NCBI GenBank assembly: GCA_045578725.1
Contig: JAZNKS010000052.1
Span: 8,640 to 72,639 of the forward strand
DNA from: Candidatus Flemingiibacterium sp.
GTDB lineage: Bacteria > Bacillota > Clostridia > Oscillospirales > CAG-272
Direction: 5' to 3'
Length of the DNA: 64,000 nucleotides
Shown here: positions 1 to 9,203 of the stretch, piece after piece
How the letters are laid out: each line of letters opens with the position of its first letter
Position numbering within the stretch: position 1 is the first letter of the stretch
Program-made: the position numbers and the translations under genes
The notes under the pieces: model-generated
What the model was told of the DNA's origin: nothing
Databases searched by the model: none
The model's input: only the letters and a program-made list of their open reading frames with translations

Positions 1-629
1 CGATCTTCCAGCAGCTTTTTGTTAAAGACAACCGCCTGCGTGCGGGTATATCCCATCATGTTGCTGAAGTCGGGCATGGCAAAGAGCGTATCACCGAACA
101 GGGTTGCTTCTTCGATGAAAAATCTGTGCCACCAATCGTCATCAAGATGCAGGCTTTCGATATCATAGAGATTCAGACCGCTGGTCCCGATGATACTGCC
201 GCGCAGCGGAAGATAAGCGGCATCGTAGACTTCTTCGGCCGCCATGACCACGGTATTCAGCGTGTTGATCAGATCGCTGTAGCCTTTCTTGTCAACCTCG
301 AAGGTAATTTCAAAGCGTTCCTCTGCCTGTCTGGCACGGTTGAAAATGGCGTCATCAATCCGTTCGCCGGTCTGATCCTCATAGTCAAGAATATGGAAAG
401 TACCGTCCCAAAGCACGTCCTCACAGTTAAGGATCGTAAATGTTTTTCCGCCGTAAGCAGAGGTCTCATGCGGATACCGGGCATCGGGATTCACTTCTGC
501 GATCGGCTCGGTATCGGGGGCGGAGGTGGAGGAAGGATCGCTGCCTTGGGTATCGTTCGTTCCCGTTTGGCCGCAAGCGGAAAGCAAAACGAGCATGGCT
601 GCGAGTAATGCTGTAATCGTTCGTTTCAT
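1..629 (-). CDS. Extracellular solute-binding lipoprotein (ABC-transporter SBP-like). Only the 5' part is present; the gene runs off the left edge.
   Basis: Not in the ORF track. My minus-strand translation from the ATG at 629..627 reads MKRTITALLAAMLVLLSACGQTGTNDTQGSDPSSTSAPDTEP..., a signal peptide with lipobox L-S-A-C. The frame stays open to position 1. An AAGGAG RBS lies 9 nt upstream. Confidence 0.7.
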   Translation of the reverse strand, partial: MKRTITALLAAMLVLLSACGQTGTNDTQGSDPSSTSAPDTEPIAEVNPDARYPHETSAYGGKTFTILNCEDVLWDGTFHILDYEDQTGERIDDAIFNRARQAEERFEITFEVDKKGYSDLINTLNTVVMAAEEVYDAAYLPLRGSIIGTSGLNLYDIESLHLDDDWWHRFFIEEATLFGDTLFAMPDFSNMMGYTRTQAVVFNKKLLED

Positions 630-750
630 GATTGATTGCTCCTTTTTTTAGTATGGTACTATTATTATACCATTATTTTTTGAAAAATGTATTGCTATAA
701 GATAGTGAAATATGGTATAATCATACTATAAACAAGCAGGGAGGATTTTC

Positions 751-1593
751 ATGGAACACTTGTATATTACGGATTTCGGAGTTGAACATTGTGATTCGGA
801 CAAGGAGGCGATCAAGCATCCGTTCCGGCATCACGTTATCCATTTTGTGTTCGCCGGAAATGGCTATATTAACGGGAAAATGGTATCGGCCGGCGAGTGT
901 TTTCTCTGCCGCGGCGGCGAGAAATCCATCTATGCTCCGGATCCGTCCGACCCGTGGTATTATGGATGGATCGGCGGCAACGGAATGATGTTTGAGCAGC
1001 TCTTAAGTGACATGGGATTCTCGGAGAAATCCAACGTTTGTACCATACGAAAAAGCTCGCTTGTGGAGATGCTGATTCGGTTAGGGACTTCGTCCAAGGA
1101 GCAGGAGTACCGGTGCGGATTGTTTTACGCCATTGCCGGTCTGCAGATCCATACAAGAGAAAATTCCGTGATGCATATCCCGGAACAGCACATCCGGGAT
1201 GCGGTGCAGCATATCGAATCGGTTTCCGGAAATACCACTCCGGAGGAAGTAGCACGGGTTCTGCATCTGTCCCGCGCCTATCTTCGCAATCTGTTTCATA
1301 CCGCCTACGGTATCTCACTGCAGAAATATATCATCCGGTATCGGATGCGGCGGGCCTCCGAGCTTTTGGCCGAAACCGATCTGCCGATCGGAGCCATCAG
1401 CGCGCAGGTGGGTTATCAGGATCCGCTGATGTTTTCCAAAATGTTCAAGCGGTACCGGAAAATGTCGCCGACCCGTTATCGAAGTCTGACGATTTCCTTC
1501 ACGCAGGCGGTTATCGATGCACGGATTCACGATCCGCGGTACCGCGGTGAAGATATTGAATATCTGTACGAAAATTTTGAGGACGAAAAGTAA
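751..1593 (+). CDS. AraC-family transcriptional regulator
   Basis: 280-aa ORF with a C-terminal AraC-type double HTH (...LSRAYLRNLFHTAYGISLQKYIIRYRMRRASELLAETDLPIGAISAQVGYQDPLMFSKMFKRY...). Divergent from the SBP gene. Confidence 0.85.
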   Translation: MEHLYITDFGVEHCDSDKEAIKHPFRHHVIHFVFAGNGYINGKMVSAGECFLCRGGEKSIYAPDPSDPWYYGWIGGNGMMFEQLLSDMGFSEKSNVCTIRKSSLVEMLIRLGTSSKEQEYRCGLFYAIAGLQIHTRENSVMHIPEQHIRDAVQHIESVSGNTTPEEVARVLHLSRAYLRNLFHTAYGISLQKYIIRYRMRRASELLAETDLPIGAISAQVGYQDPLMFSKMFKRYRKMSPTRYRSLTISFTQAVIDARIHDPRYRGEDIEYLYENFEDEK

Positions 1594-1648
1594 CAGCCGC
1601 CGCAAGTGTCGATTCCAAAGACGGCTGTAATCTATGAGCGGGCAGACG

Positions 1649-1684
1649 AAAAAAGGGGCTGTTGCATTTAGATGCAACAGCCCC
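1649..1684 (-). terminator. Rho-independent terminator of gdhA
   Basis: Stem GGGGCTGTTGCAT (1655-1667) pairs with ATGCAACAGCCCC (1672-1684) around a 4-nt loop. On the minus strand it is followed by a U-run (plus-strand A-run at 1649-1654). Confidence 0.75.
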
Positions 1685-1700
1685 AGCGCGTTTGGGCCCT

Positions 1701-1739
1701 GCGCTGTTGCAAGTTTTCAACTTGCAACAGCGCCTTTTT
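1701..1739 (+). terminator. Rho-independent terminator of the AraC gene
   Basis: Stem GCGCTGTTGCAAGTT (1701-1715) pairs with AACTTGCAACAGCGC (1719-1733), followed by CTTTTT. Confidence 0.7.
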
Positions 1740-1758
1740 GTTGTGGAATGTAAGAGAA

Positions 1759-3114
1759 TCAGTATGCGATACCCTGAGCCTTCATGGCATCGGCAACCTT
1801 CAGGAAGCCTGCGATGTTCGCACCGGCAACCAGGTCGCCTTCCATGCCGTAATCCTTGGCAGCCTTGACGGAGCTGTCATAGATGTTCTTCATGATCTGC
1901 TTCAGCTTGGCATCAACCTCTTCGGCGGTCCAGCTGTAACGCATGGAGTTCTGGCTCATTTCCAGACCGGATACGGCAACGCCGCCTGCGTTAACGGCCT
2001 TGGAAGGAGCAACAACCACGCCGTTTGCCTTCAGGTAAGCAACAGCCTCGTTGGTGGTAGGCATATTGGAAACTTCGACGTAGTACTTCAGGCCGTTTGC
2101 AACCATTGCCTTGGCATCATCGAGGTTAACCTCGTTCTGGGTTGCGCAGGGCATGATAACGTCAACCTTTTCGCCCCACGGCTTCTTGCCTGCGAAGAAG
2201 GGAACGCCGAACTTGTCTGCGTAATCCTGAACCTTGTTGCGGCAGGAAGCGCGCATTTCGGTCATGAACGCGATCTTTTCGGGGGTGTTTACGCCGTCCT
2301 TATCGTAGATGTAGCCGTCGGGACCGGAGATGGTAACAACCTTACCGCCGAGCTCGGTGAGCTTCTGAACCGTACCCCAGGCAACATTGCCGAAGCCGGA
2401 TACAGCGAAGGTCTTGCCTTCGATCTTTTCGCCGAAGGAAGCGAGCATATTCTCAACATAGTAAACAGCGCCGTAGCCGGTAGCTTCCGGACGGATCAGG
2501 GAGCCGCCGTAGGAGAAGCCCTTGCCGGTGAGAACGCCGGTGAACTCGTTGCGCAGTCTCTTGTACTGGCCGAACAGATAGCCAACCTCGCGTGCACCTA
2601 CGCCGATATCGCCAGCGGGAACGTCGGTGTCAGCGCCGATGTGCTTGGCCAGCTCGGTCATGAAGCTCTGGCAGAAGCGCATAACTTCGCCGTCGGACTT
2701 GCCGGTGGGATCGAAGTCTGCACCGCCCTTACCGCCGCCCATGGGAAGGCCGGTCAGGGAGTTCTTGAAGGTCTGCTCAAAGCCGAGGAACTTCATGATG
2801 GAAGCGTTAACGGAGGGATGGAAGCGCAGACCGCCCTTGTAGGGACCGATTGCAGAGTTGAACTGTACACGGTAGCCGCGGTTTACCTGAACCTTGCCGT
2901 TGTCATCAACCCAGCTTACGCGGAACTGAATCTGACGCTCGGGCTCAACCATGCGCTCGAATACGCCGGCCTCAATCAGGTCAGGGCGCTTTTCGGCGAC
3001 GGGCTCCAGAGATTCGAGAACCTCCTCGACGGTCTGGTGAAATTCGGTTTCACCGGGGTTGCGCTTGCAGACATTTTCGTAAACGCTTGCAAGATAGCTG
3101 TTTTTCAGTGCCAT
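1759..3114 (-). CDS. gdhA: NADP-specific glutamate dehydrogenase
   Basis: 451 aa. Shows Glu/Leu/Phe/Val dehydrogenase signatures: ...GPYKGGLRFHPSVN..., ...GLPMGGGKGGADFDP..., and the Rossmann segment FAVSGFGNVAWG. Confidence 0.95.
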   Translation of the reverse strand: MALKNSYLASVYENVCKRNPGETEFHQTVEEVLESLEPVAEKRPDLIEAGVFERMVEPERQIQFRVSWVDDNGKVQVNRGYRVQFNSAIGPYKGGLRFHPSVNASIMKFLGFEQTFKNSLTGLPMGGGKGGADFDPTGKSDGEVMRFCQSFMTELAKHIGADTDVPAGDIGVGAREVGYLFGQYKRLRNEFTGVLTGKGFSYGGSLIRPEATGYGAVYYVENMLASFGEKIEGKTFAVSGFGNVAWGTVQKLTELGGKVVTISGPDGYIYDKDGVNTPEKIAFMTEMRASCRNKVQDYADKFGVPFFAGKKPWGEKVDVIMPCATQNEVNLDDAKAMVANGLKYYVEVSNMPTTNEAVAYLKANGVVVAPSKAVNAGGVAVSGLEMSQNSMRYSWTAEEVDAKLKQIMKNIYDSSVKAAKDYGMEGDLVAGANIAGFLKVADAMKAQGIAY

Positions 3115-3374
3115 TGGTATGTACCTCTTTTTATTTGGATTTTGCCGGATTCAGCCGGGCGGCTTTATCACGGTAATAGGATTGTGTAATTATTATACAC
3201 CATTTCCAACGATTTTGCAATAATCTTTGAAAAATTCTTTATGTAAAAATATAGACTAAAAGGAAAATGCATTTTAGAAGTTTTTCATAAACTGAAGCGG
3301 CTTTTCGCAGGATGGCATAATTTTTCCTGCAAATTCATAGAGATGAAGGGAGAAAACGGGAAGGGGGCGGCAGC

Positions 3375-4823
3375 TTGCGGAACATGGGGCGTTTCTTATT
3401 CAGCGGTGTGATTCTGGCGGCGACCGCCTTTATCCTTCGTGCGCTGGGAGTCGGATTCAATGCCTTCCTGTCGCGTGAACTCGGAACGGATGGTATGGGT
3501 TTGTTTACGCTGATTATGAGCCTGTACGGTCTTGCGGTGACGGTAGCTTCCTCCGGCGTGAATCTGGCTTCCGCCCGGATGTGCACCGAGGCTCTGTCCC
3601 ATCCGGGTGGGGAAGACCTTCTGGCAGCATCGCTGAAGCGATGTCTGCTTTATGCCCTTGTATGCGGAGGCGGCGCGGCAATCCTTCTGTTTGCGGGTGC
3701 CGAAATGATTGCTGTGCATTGGCTGGGGGACGGGCGGTGTACGCTTGCCCTGCGTCTGCTGGCGCTGAGTCTGCCGTTTATTGCCGGCTCCAACGTGCTG
3801 AACGGCTATTTCACGGCGGTCCGGAGAGCATACAAAAGCGCGGCAGCACAGATTTTCGAGCAGCTGCTGAAAATGGCCGTGACCGCGTGGCTGCTGCTTC
3901 ATGCGATCCCGGAAAAGAGCGGCGCGGCGGTGGAATATGCCTGTGCGGCAATTGTCGGAGGCGGTGCGCTGGCCGAGATCGGCTCCTTTCTTCTGACGGC
4001 GCTTCTGTACCGGATCGAACGGGCAAAAAGAAAGCCCGGCATTCTTCATGCCGGGCAGGGGATACTGCTTACGAAAAAGCTGCTTGGAATTGCCGTGCCG
4101 GTCGCGGCGGCGGCCTATATCCGCTCCGGCCTTTCCACGCTGGAGCATATTCTCATTCCGCGCGGACTCCGGAAGAATCCTCTGACCGCCGATACGGCGC
4201 TGGCCGCTTACGGCATGCTGTGCGGCATGGCGATGCCGGTGATCTTTTTCCCGACAGCGGTTCTTTATTCCTTCACCGGCCTGCTGATTCCCGAATTCAC
4301 GGAGGCTCATGCACGGGGGGAGAAAAAGCGGATCGGCCGCATGATAACCCGGGCAGTATGGGGAACGCTGATCTTTTCCGGCATCTGCATGGCGGTGATG
4401 ACGGCATTTGGCGAGAAGATCGGGATTCTCCTCTATGACAGCGTCGAGGCGGGAAGGTATATTGCGATCATGGCGCCGCTGGTGCCGGTGATGTATCTGG
4501 ATCACGCGGTGGATGCGATGCTGAAGGGGCTGAACGAGCAGCTCTATTCGATGAAGGTGAACATTTTTGATGCGGCACTCTGCACGCTGATGGTCTGGCA
4601 GCTCTGCCCGCGGATCGGAATCTGGGGCTATATCATCACAGTTTATCTGTCGGAGGCAATCAATGCGCTGCTGAGTCTGCACAGGCTCTGGCGGGTGGTC
4701 CGATGCGAAGGAGATCGGCCGCAGAAGAAGGCTATACCGCGAGATGCTTCTCGACCATCTCAACCACACATTCCAGCACCGCCGCCGATTCCTCGGGGGA
4801 AGCGGCACGCTCGGCATACTTGA
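3375..4823 (+). CDS. MOP-superfamily polysaccharide/lipid-II flippase, SpoVB-like
   Basis: Multi-TM ORF. The N-terminus (MGRFLFSGVILAATAFILRALGVGFNAFLSRELGTDGMGLF...) fits the SpoVB/MurJ pattern. The listed start is TTG 3375; ATG 3384 is equally possible. The last ~45 codons are low-complexity and overlap the convergent gene. Confidence 0.7.
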   Translation: MRNMGRFLFSGVILAATAFILRALGVGFNAFLSRELGTDGMGLFTLIMSLYGLAVTVASSGVNLASARMCTEALSHPGGEDLLAASLKRCLLYALVCGGGAAILLFAGAEMIAVHWLGDGRCTLALRLLALSLPFIAGSNVLNGYFTAVRRAYKSAAAQIFEQLLKMAVTAWLLLHAIPEKSGAAVEYACAAIVGGGALAEIGSFLLTALLYRIERAKRKPGILHAGQGILLTKKLLGIAVPVAAAAYIRSGLSTLEHILIPRGLRKNPLTADTALAAYGMLCGMAMPVIFFPTAVLYSFTGLLIPEFTEAHARGEKKRIGRMITRAVWGTLIFSGICMAVMTAFGEKIGILLYDSVEAGRYIAIMAPLVPVMYLDHAVDAMLKGLNEQLYSMKVNIFDAALCTLMVWQLCPRIGIWGYIITVYLSEAINALLSLHRLWRVVRCEGDRPQKKAIPRDASRPSQPHIPAPPPIPRGKRHARHT

Positions 4824-6180
4824 TCCGCTCGATCAGGTCGGTGATGGCGTGGATGGAGTCGAACTGCATACCGCCTGCGATCTTTCTTGACAGCTGGCGT
4901 GGGGTATCCGATTCCTTCAGATTCAGATTCATCCGCCCGAGCAGCTCGATCATGACCAGATACGAATAGGTCAGCTTCTCGCTGTCGGTGCGGCGAAGGG
5001 CCAGCTCGCTCCGGAAATCGCGGGCGGTGAAGCGCTTGTGCTCCAAAGCACGGCTCCGCGCGCCGGAGGGAACCCTTCCGAGCTTTTCGGTGGTGTCGCG
5101 GTAGTTGATGTCAATTCCCTGACGGGCATAGTCAATGTCGCCGGAACCCATGAACATCGCCATGAAATCATCCAGCAGGCGGCGGAGCCAGGCAAAGAAG
5201 CGCCGGAATTCCACCGTGCGGCCGAAGACGATGAAGACAATCAGCGAAATTCCGATCAGGATAAAGCCGAGGATGCTGAGATCCGCGAAGGAGCCGTCGG
5301 TGATGGCGGCAAAATCGCCGGAAACATTCTGCTGGAGAGTGTGCCGGTCGGCGGAATTCATGCCGACGATGTGATAGAGAATCAGATAGAAGAGCAGCTC
5401 CAGTATCAGCCAGGCACCGTTTACGAAGATATACAGAATGCCTCCGAAGGCGGCCGCGATCACCAGCGCCAGAAGAATCATCCGGATGTTGTAATACCGG
5501 GCCGAGGGGGTGATTTTCGTAACGGCGACACCGTTGTAGATCCGCATGATGTAGGACTGATTCATGATGAGGACGGCACAGATCATATAGAGAATGAAGA
5601 AAATGCCGACAAAGACCGGGCGGAGCCAGACGAAAATCATGAAGGAGATGCCGAGGGCAGTCAGCACAGCCCGGAGCGACATCAGCCGCGTGTACGGATA
5701 AAACTGTGTGACGGCACCGGCCACCGCCGGCAGAAAGAGCACCATGCTGTACAGGACGGGGACAAGCGAATCGGCATCCTGCCCGGCGATGAAGCCGCCG
5801 CGGATCCGGTCGATGATCCCGCCCAGAGCCTGGCAGAGAAGATACAGTACGGGAAGGAGCGGGAGAAGATATTTGACTTTGAAATAGCGGGTGAAGCCTT
5901 CATAGGAAAAATCGTCCCGCTTTTTCTGGCCGATGGCGGCAAGGAAGACCGCCTGCAGGAGCCATCCGGCAAAAAAGGTGAAAAGGGGCAGTAAGAATCC
6001 GGCAGCCGGTGATCCGAAGCAGGATACGGCGATCGGGTAGGCGAGCATTTCCACGATCATGGCGATGCCGAAGGCCGCCAGAACATGGCAGAGCGGCTCA
6101 ATCGAGAGCGCTCCTGCTGTCCGTCCGAGCTGTCCGGCAAAGCCGAGGATGCTCTGCAGGCGCTGTGTGAATGTATTCAT
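4732..6180 (-). CDS. Polytopic membrane protein with a C-terminal DUF4129-like domain (third gene of the MoxR operon)
   Basis: 482 aa. Many hydrophobic helices are followed by a soluble tail containing ...LKESDTPRQLSRKI... (DUF4129-type motif). It lies directly downstream of the DUF58 gene. Confidence 0.65.
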   Translation of the reverse strand: MNTFTQRLQSILGFAGQLGRTAGALSIEPLCHVLAAFGIAMIVEMLAYPIAVSCFGSPAAGFLLPLFTFFAGWLLQAVFLAAIGQKKRDDFSYEGFTRYFKVKYLLPLLPVLYLLCQALGGIIDRIRGGFIAGQDADSLVPVLYSMVLFLPAVAGAVTQFYPYTRLMSLRAVLTALGISFMIFVWLRPVFVGIFFILYMICAVLIMNQSYIMRIYNGVAVTKITPSARYYNIRMILLALVIAAAFGGILYIFVNGAWLILELLFYLILYHIVGMNSADRHTLQQNVSGDFAAITDGSFADLSILGFILIGISLIVFIVFGRTVEFRRFFAWLRRLLDDFMAMFMGSGDIDYARQGIDINYRDTTEKLGRVPSGARSRALEHKRFTARDFRSELALRRTDSEKLTYSYLVMIELLGRMNLNLKESDTPRQLSRKIAGGMQFDSIHAITDLIERIKYAERAASPEESAAVLECVVEMVEKHLAV

Positions 6181-6194
6181 AAGCGTTCCCCCGT

Positions 6195-7412
6195 TCAGAT
6201 TCCGACCTTGTAGGAATCGAAATAGGTCCTGAAGAAGACCTTGGCCCCGGCCGGCACCGTCTGGATTCCGCGGTTGGAGGTTGTGGCGTAGAAAATGACC
6301 TCGATGCCCCGGCTGGCCATCTGCTCCCGGAAGACCATCATTCGCTCGTCCAGGACGGAGGTGATCAGCACGATATTGCCGTTTTCGGCGAACTTGTGCG
6401 GATTTTCAAGGATGAAATCCAGCAGCTTTTCAATCGGCATGGAGAAGCGCATCGGAAACCTTGCCAACATCTGCATCGCTTCAAGCAATCCCTGCTTGCC
6501 GCAGAACGGCTCCGTGACGAGAATCTTCTGCCCGGTCTCGCTTTCGTCGGCCTTGCAGTCCGGTGCAAGGGCGGCCGGATCGGTGTTGGCGATCAGTCGG
6601 ACGGGGATGTTATCGGACAGAAACCGCTCCAGAAGCGAGGCGGCAACGGTGATGTTGTATTCGATGAATTCCGGATTGGACGGGACTTCGCTGTCCCGTT
6701 CGATCATCTGCGAGCAGCAGTTGAGGATGATATTGGACTGGATTTTCTGGACATACTCCTCCACATTGACCATCAGATGGCCGTGTGCGGCCGTGAGCTT
6801 CCAGTTGATTTTGTTCATCGGATCCAGCGGCGTATAATCTCTGGCGCCGCTCCGGAGCATAGGATCGGTGAGAAGGCTCTGATTGGTGACAATATCACCG
6901 GAAAAGTAGCGGGTGGAGGTGAAATCGCGCTCCAGATCCACCGCACGGGGAAGAACCGTTACGGTGGAGGATTTGCCCTCGGGCATGGTCACATTCTGTG
7001 AGATCATGTTGAAGCCGATCAGGTCGCCGGCGACAATCAGCACCTGATCCAGGCTGTAAACGCCCCTCTTTTTGCAGGAGATGCGCCAGCGGCGGCTGAT
7101 TTTCTGTCGTCCCTTCATGACGAACATACTCTCGATCGCACCGGTGTAATGATCGCTTCTCTTTTGGCCCTCGGCGGTGATCAGATGGAAGGCGAGGCCT
7201 TCCGGGAGAGCGGTGGTGACCTTGATATAGGGCAGAGGGAGCGCTTTTTCGTTGATCAGCTCCTCATACAGATAGACATCGTCACCGACGGTGGCCTCGG
7301 TTTTATCAAGCCGTGCCCGGTAGACGAGCTGATCGAAGGTGTATTTTTCAAAGAGCTTTTTCTGCACAAAATAAGCGATGAGCAGAACCAGCGCGGCGGC
7401 AATATACAGCAT
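6195..7412 (-). CDS. DUF58 domain protein (vWA-like fold; MoxR partner)
   Basis: 405 aa with an N-terminal TM helix. Its position between the MoxR ATPase and the DUF4129 protein is the standard MoxR-DUF58 arrangement. Confidence 0.7.
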   Translation of the reverse strand: MLYIAAALVLLIAYFVQKKLFEKYTFDQLVYRARLDKTEATVGDDVYLYEELINEKALPLPYIKVTTALPEGLAFHLITAEGQKRSDHYTGAIESMFVMKGRQKISRRWRISCKKRGVYSLDQVLIVAGDLIGFNMISQNVTMPEGKSSTVTVLPRAVDLERDFTSTRYFSGDIVTNQSLLTDPMLRSGARDYTPLDPMNKINWKLTAAHGHLMVNVEEYVQKIQSNIILNCCSQMIERDSEVPSNPEFIEYNITVAASLLERFLSDNIPVRLIANTDPAALAPDCKADESETGQKILVTEPFCGKQGLLEAMQMLARFPMRFSMPIEKLLDFILENPHKFAENGNIVLITSVLDERMMVFREQMASRGIEVIFYATTSNRGIQTVPAGAKVFFRTYFDSYKVGI

Positions 7413-7423
7413 GGCGGCCTCGC

Positions 7424-8380
7424 TTATCCGATCGGTGCGGGAACGGTATCCAGAATGTAATCGATGATCGTTTCGTTGGCGTTGGTGATGCGGGCCTGGC
7501 TCTGGGAGCGGGAGAGAATCCGGTGGGCCAATACCGGTACTGCTACCGCCTTTACATCATCGGGCAGGACAAAATCACGGCCGTTCATGGCAGCCCATGC
7601 CTTGGCGGTGCGCATCAGAGCAAGCGTTCCGCGGGGCGATACGCCGAGCCGCACCCGATCCGATTCGCGGGTGGCGACGGCGATGCGGACGATATATTCG
7701 CCGACCGTTTCGCTGACATGAACCTGTTTTACTTCCGCACGGGCACCGGCGATATCGGCGCCTGTACAGATGGGAGGCAGAGCCGGGAGCGGACTTTCGC
7801 CCGCATAGCCGGTCAGGATGGCCTTTTCTGCCTCAAAGCCCGGATAGCCGAGCGAGAGCTTCATGAGGAAACGGTCGATCTGGGCCTCCGGAAGCGGGAA
7901 GGTTCCCTGCGATTCGATGGGATTCTCCGTGGCGATGACGAAGAACGGCTCCTCCAGCATATAGGTTACGCCGTCCACGGTGACCTGCCGCTCCTCCATA
8001 GCCTCAAGAAGCGCCGACTGGGTGCGGGGTGTGGTGCGGTTGATTTCATCCGCAATGACGATATTGGAGAAGATCGGTCCGCGCCGGAAGATGAATTCGG
8101 TTGTCTTCTGATCGAAGAAATTGATGCCGGTGATGTCGCTGGGGAGAAGATCGGGCGTGAACTGGATGCGCTTCACATCTCCTGAGATGGAGCGGGCCAG
8201 GGCGCGGGCCAGGCTGGTTTTGCCGGTGCCGGGGATATCGTCCAGCAGAACATGACCGCCGGCAAGGAAGGCGGCGATGACAAGACGGATCCGGTCGCTT
8301 TTGCCGTAGATCACGCGGCTGATGTTGCTTTCAAGCTGTTGGGCGAGCTGCTCACATTTCATGGGGGAGTCCTCCTGCAT
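7424..8380 (-). CDS. MoxR-family AAA+ ATPase
   Basis: 318 aa. Walker A GHVLLDDIPGTGKTSLARALA, Walker B VIADEINRTTPRTQSALLEAMEE. Typical MoxR length. Confidence 0.92.
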   Translation of the reverse strand: MQEDSPMKCEQLAQQLESNISRVIYGKSDRIRLVIAAFLAGGHVLLDDIPGTGKTSLARALARSISGDVKRIQFTPDLLPSDITGINFFDQKTTEFIFRRGPIFSNIVIADEINRTTPRTQSALLEAMEERQVTVDGVTYMLEEPFFVIATENPIESQGTFPLPEAQIDRFLMKLSLGYPGFEAEKAILTGYAGESPLPALPPICTGADIAGARAEVKQVHVSETVGEYIVRIAVATRESDRVRLGVSPRGTLALMRTAKAWAAMNGRDFVLPDDVKAVAVPVLAHRILSRSQSQARITNANETIIDYILDTVPAPIG

Positions 8381-8774
8381 ATATTCTGTTTTTATTATAA
8401 CACGCAGTCAGATGATTGTCAAGTGCAATTTTGAAATTTGGTGCAGAAAACATGACGGCAAAGCGGGATCTTTTGCGGAATTTTTCATTATAATCGATTT
8501 TTCACTTGCAATATAAAAGAAAATCGTGTATAATGGGGATACAGCGATTCACCGACCGCTGTAAATAATCTTTGAAAGGAGTTGGTTATCAAATGACGAA
8601 TACAAAGGTGATTGGTGTATAACCCCGGGTTGACTTTCTCCTTCTGAGATGCAATCCGCGCGTTATACACGCCGGGGGCGACCGGTTCACCGATCCCCCC
8701 GAGCATTAAAAAATACCGGTTTTCCGCTGTGTCTTCCGACGGAACCGGATGTGTATAACGAGAGGAGAGCAAAG

Positions 8775-9065
8775 ATGGCGTATAAGAACGCAAGAGATAT
8801 TCTGCCTTGCGAACTCATCGAGGAAATCCAGAAATACATCGACGGCGACCTGGTTTATATCCCGACGAAGTCGGATAAAACCGGCTGGGGTCTCCGAAGC
8901 GGCGCAAAGCAGAAATATGCCGAGCGCAACCATGCGATCCGTGAGCAGTACCATAGAGATGTTTCTGTGGAAGAGCTTGCCCGTTTGTATTTTCTCTCGA
9001 TCGACAGTATCAAGAAGATTGTCTACGGCGCACCGCAGTCGGATGCGCGCAAGAAAGCACAGTAA
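8775..9065 (+). CDS. CD3324-family small DNA-binding-like protein
   Basis: I prefer the ATG at 8775, which follows GAGAGGAGAG. The product MAYKNARDILPCELIEEIQKYIDGDLVYIPTK...VEELARLYFLSIDSIKKIV matches the CD3324/Mor-like pattern. The ORF track's upstream extension (from 8649) looks non-coding. Confidence 0.7.
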   Translation: MAYKNARDILPCELIEEIQKYIDGDLVYIPTKSDKTGWGLRSGAKQKYAERNHAIREQYHRDVSVEELARLYFLSIDSIKKIVYGAPQSDARKKAQ

Positions 9066-9072
9066 TCAAAAC

Positions 9073-9108
9073 GGGATGCCTGCCGCCATGGCGGGCATCC
9101 TGTTTTTT
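9073..9108 (+). terminator. Rho-independent terminator
   Basis: Stem GGATGCCTGC (9073-9082) pairs with GCGGGCATCC (9090-9099), with one G-U pair, followed by T7. Confidence 0.8.
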
Positions 9109-9140
9109 TGGCGATTTGACGAGATTTTTTCGGAATATGC

Positions 9141-9169
9141 TTGACCTTGGCGCCAAAATCATGTATAAT
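9141..9169 (+). promoter_or_regulatory. Sigma-A-type promoter for the M23 peptidase gene
   Basis: TTGACC (9141-9146), a 17-nt spacer, then TATAAT (9164-9169). Confidence 0.6.
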
Positions 9170-9203
9170 GTATATATGATGATTATTAAGGAAGGTATTA
9201 TGC

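Noticed and set aside
1672-3189. A 505-aa plus-strand ORF antisense to gdhA. Similar long shadow ORFs occur elsewhere (3396..4817 -, 9210..10748 -, 12126..13793 +, 13721..14704 -, 24296..26452 -, 27847..29931 +, 33484..34818 +, 41456..42709 +, 46696..47730 +, 53940..54902 +, 59404..61026 +).
   Set aside because: Each lies entirely antisense to a gene with clear family signatures. Their translations are Gly/Ala/Arg/His-rich and low in complexity, as expected for stop-poor antisense frames in ~60% GC DNA. None has a convincing RBS.
4732-4823. A 92-bp convergent overlap between the SpoVB-like gene and the DUF4129 gene.
   Set aside because: The last ~45 codons of the SpoVB-like ORF are low-complexity (…PRDASRPSQPHIPAPPPIPRGKRHARHT). 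They probably reflect a late stop in a stop-poor antisense frame and not a meaningful overlap. I cannot distinguish this from a real C-terminal tail without homologue alignment.
8649-8774. The upstream extension of the listed ORF 8649..9065, and the overlapping ORFs 8488..8793 - and 8749..9144 +.
   Set aside because: The CD3324-like homology begins at the ATG at 8775, which has a strong RBS. The upstream part is structured leader sequence.
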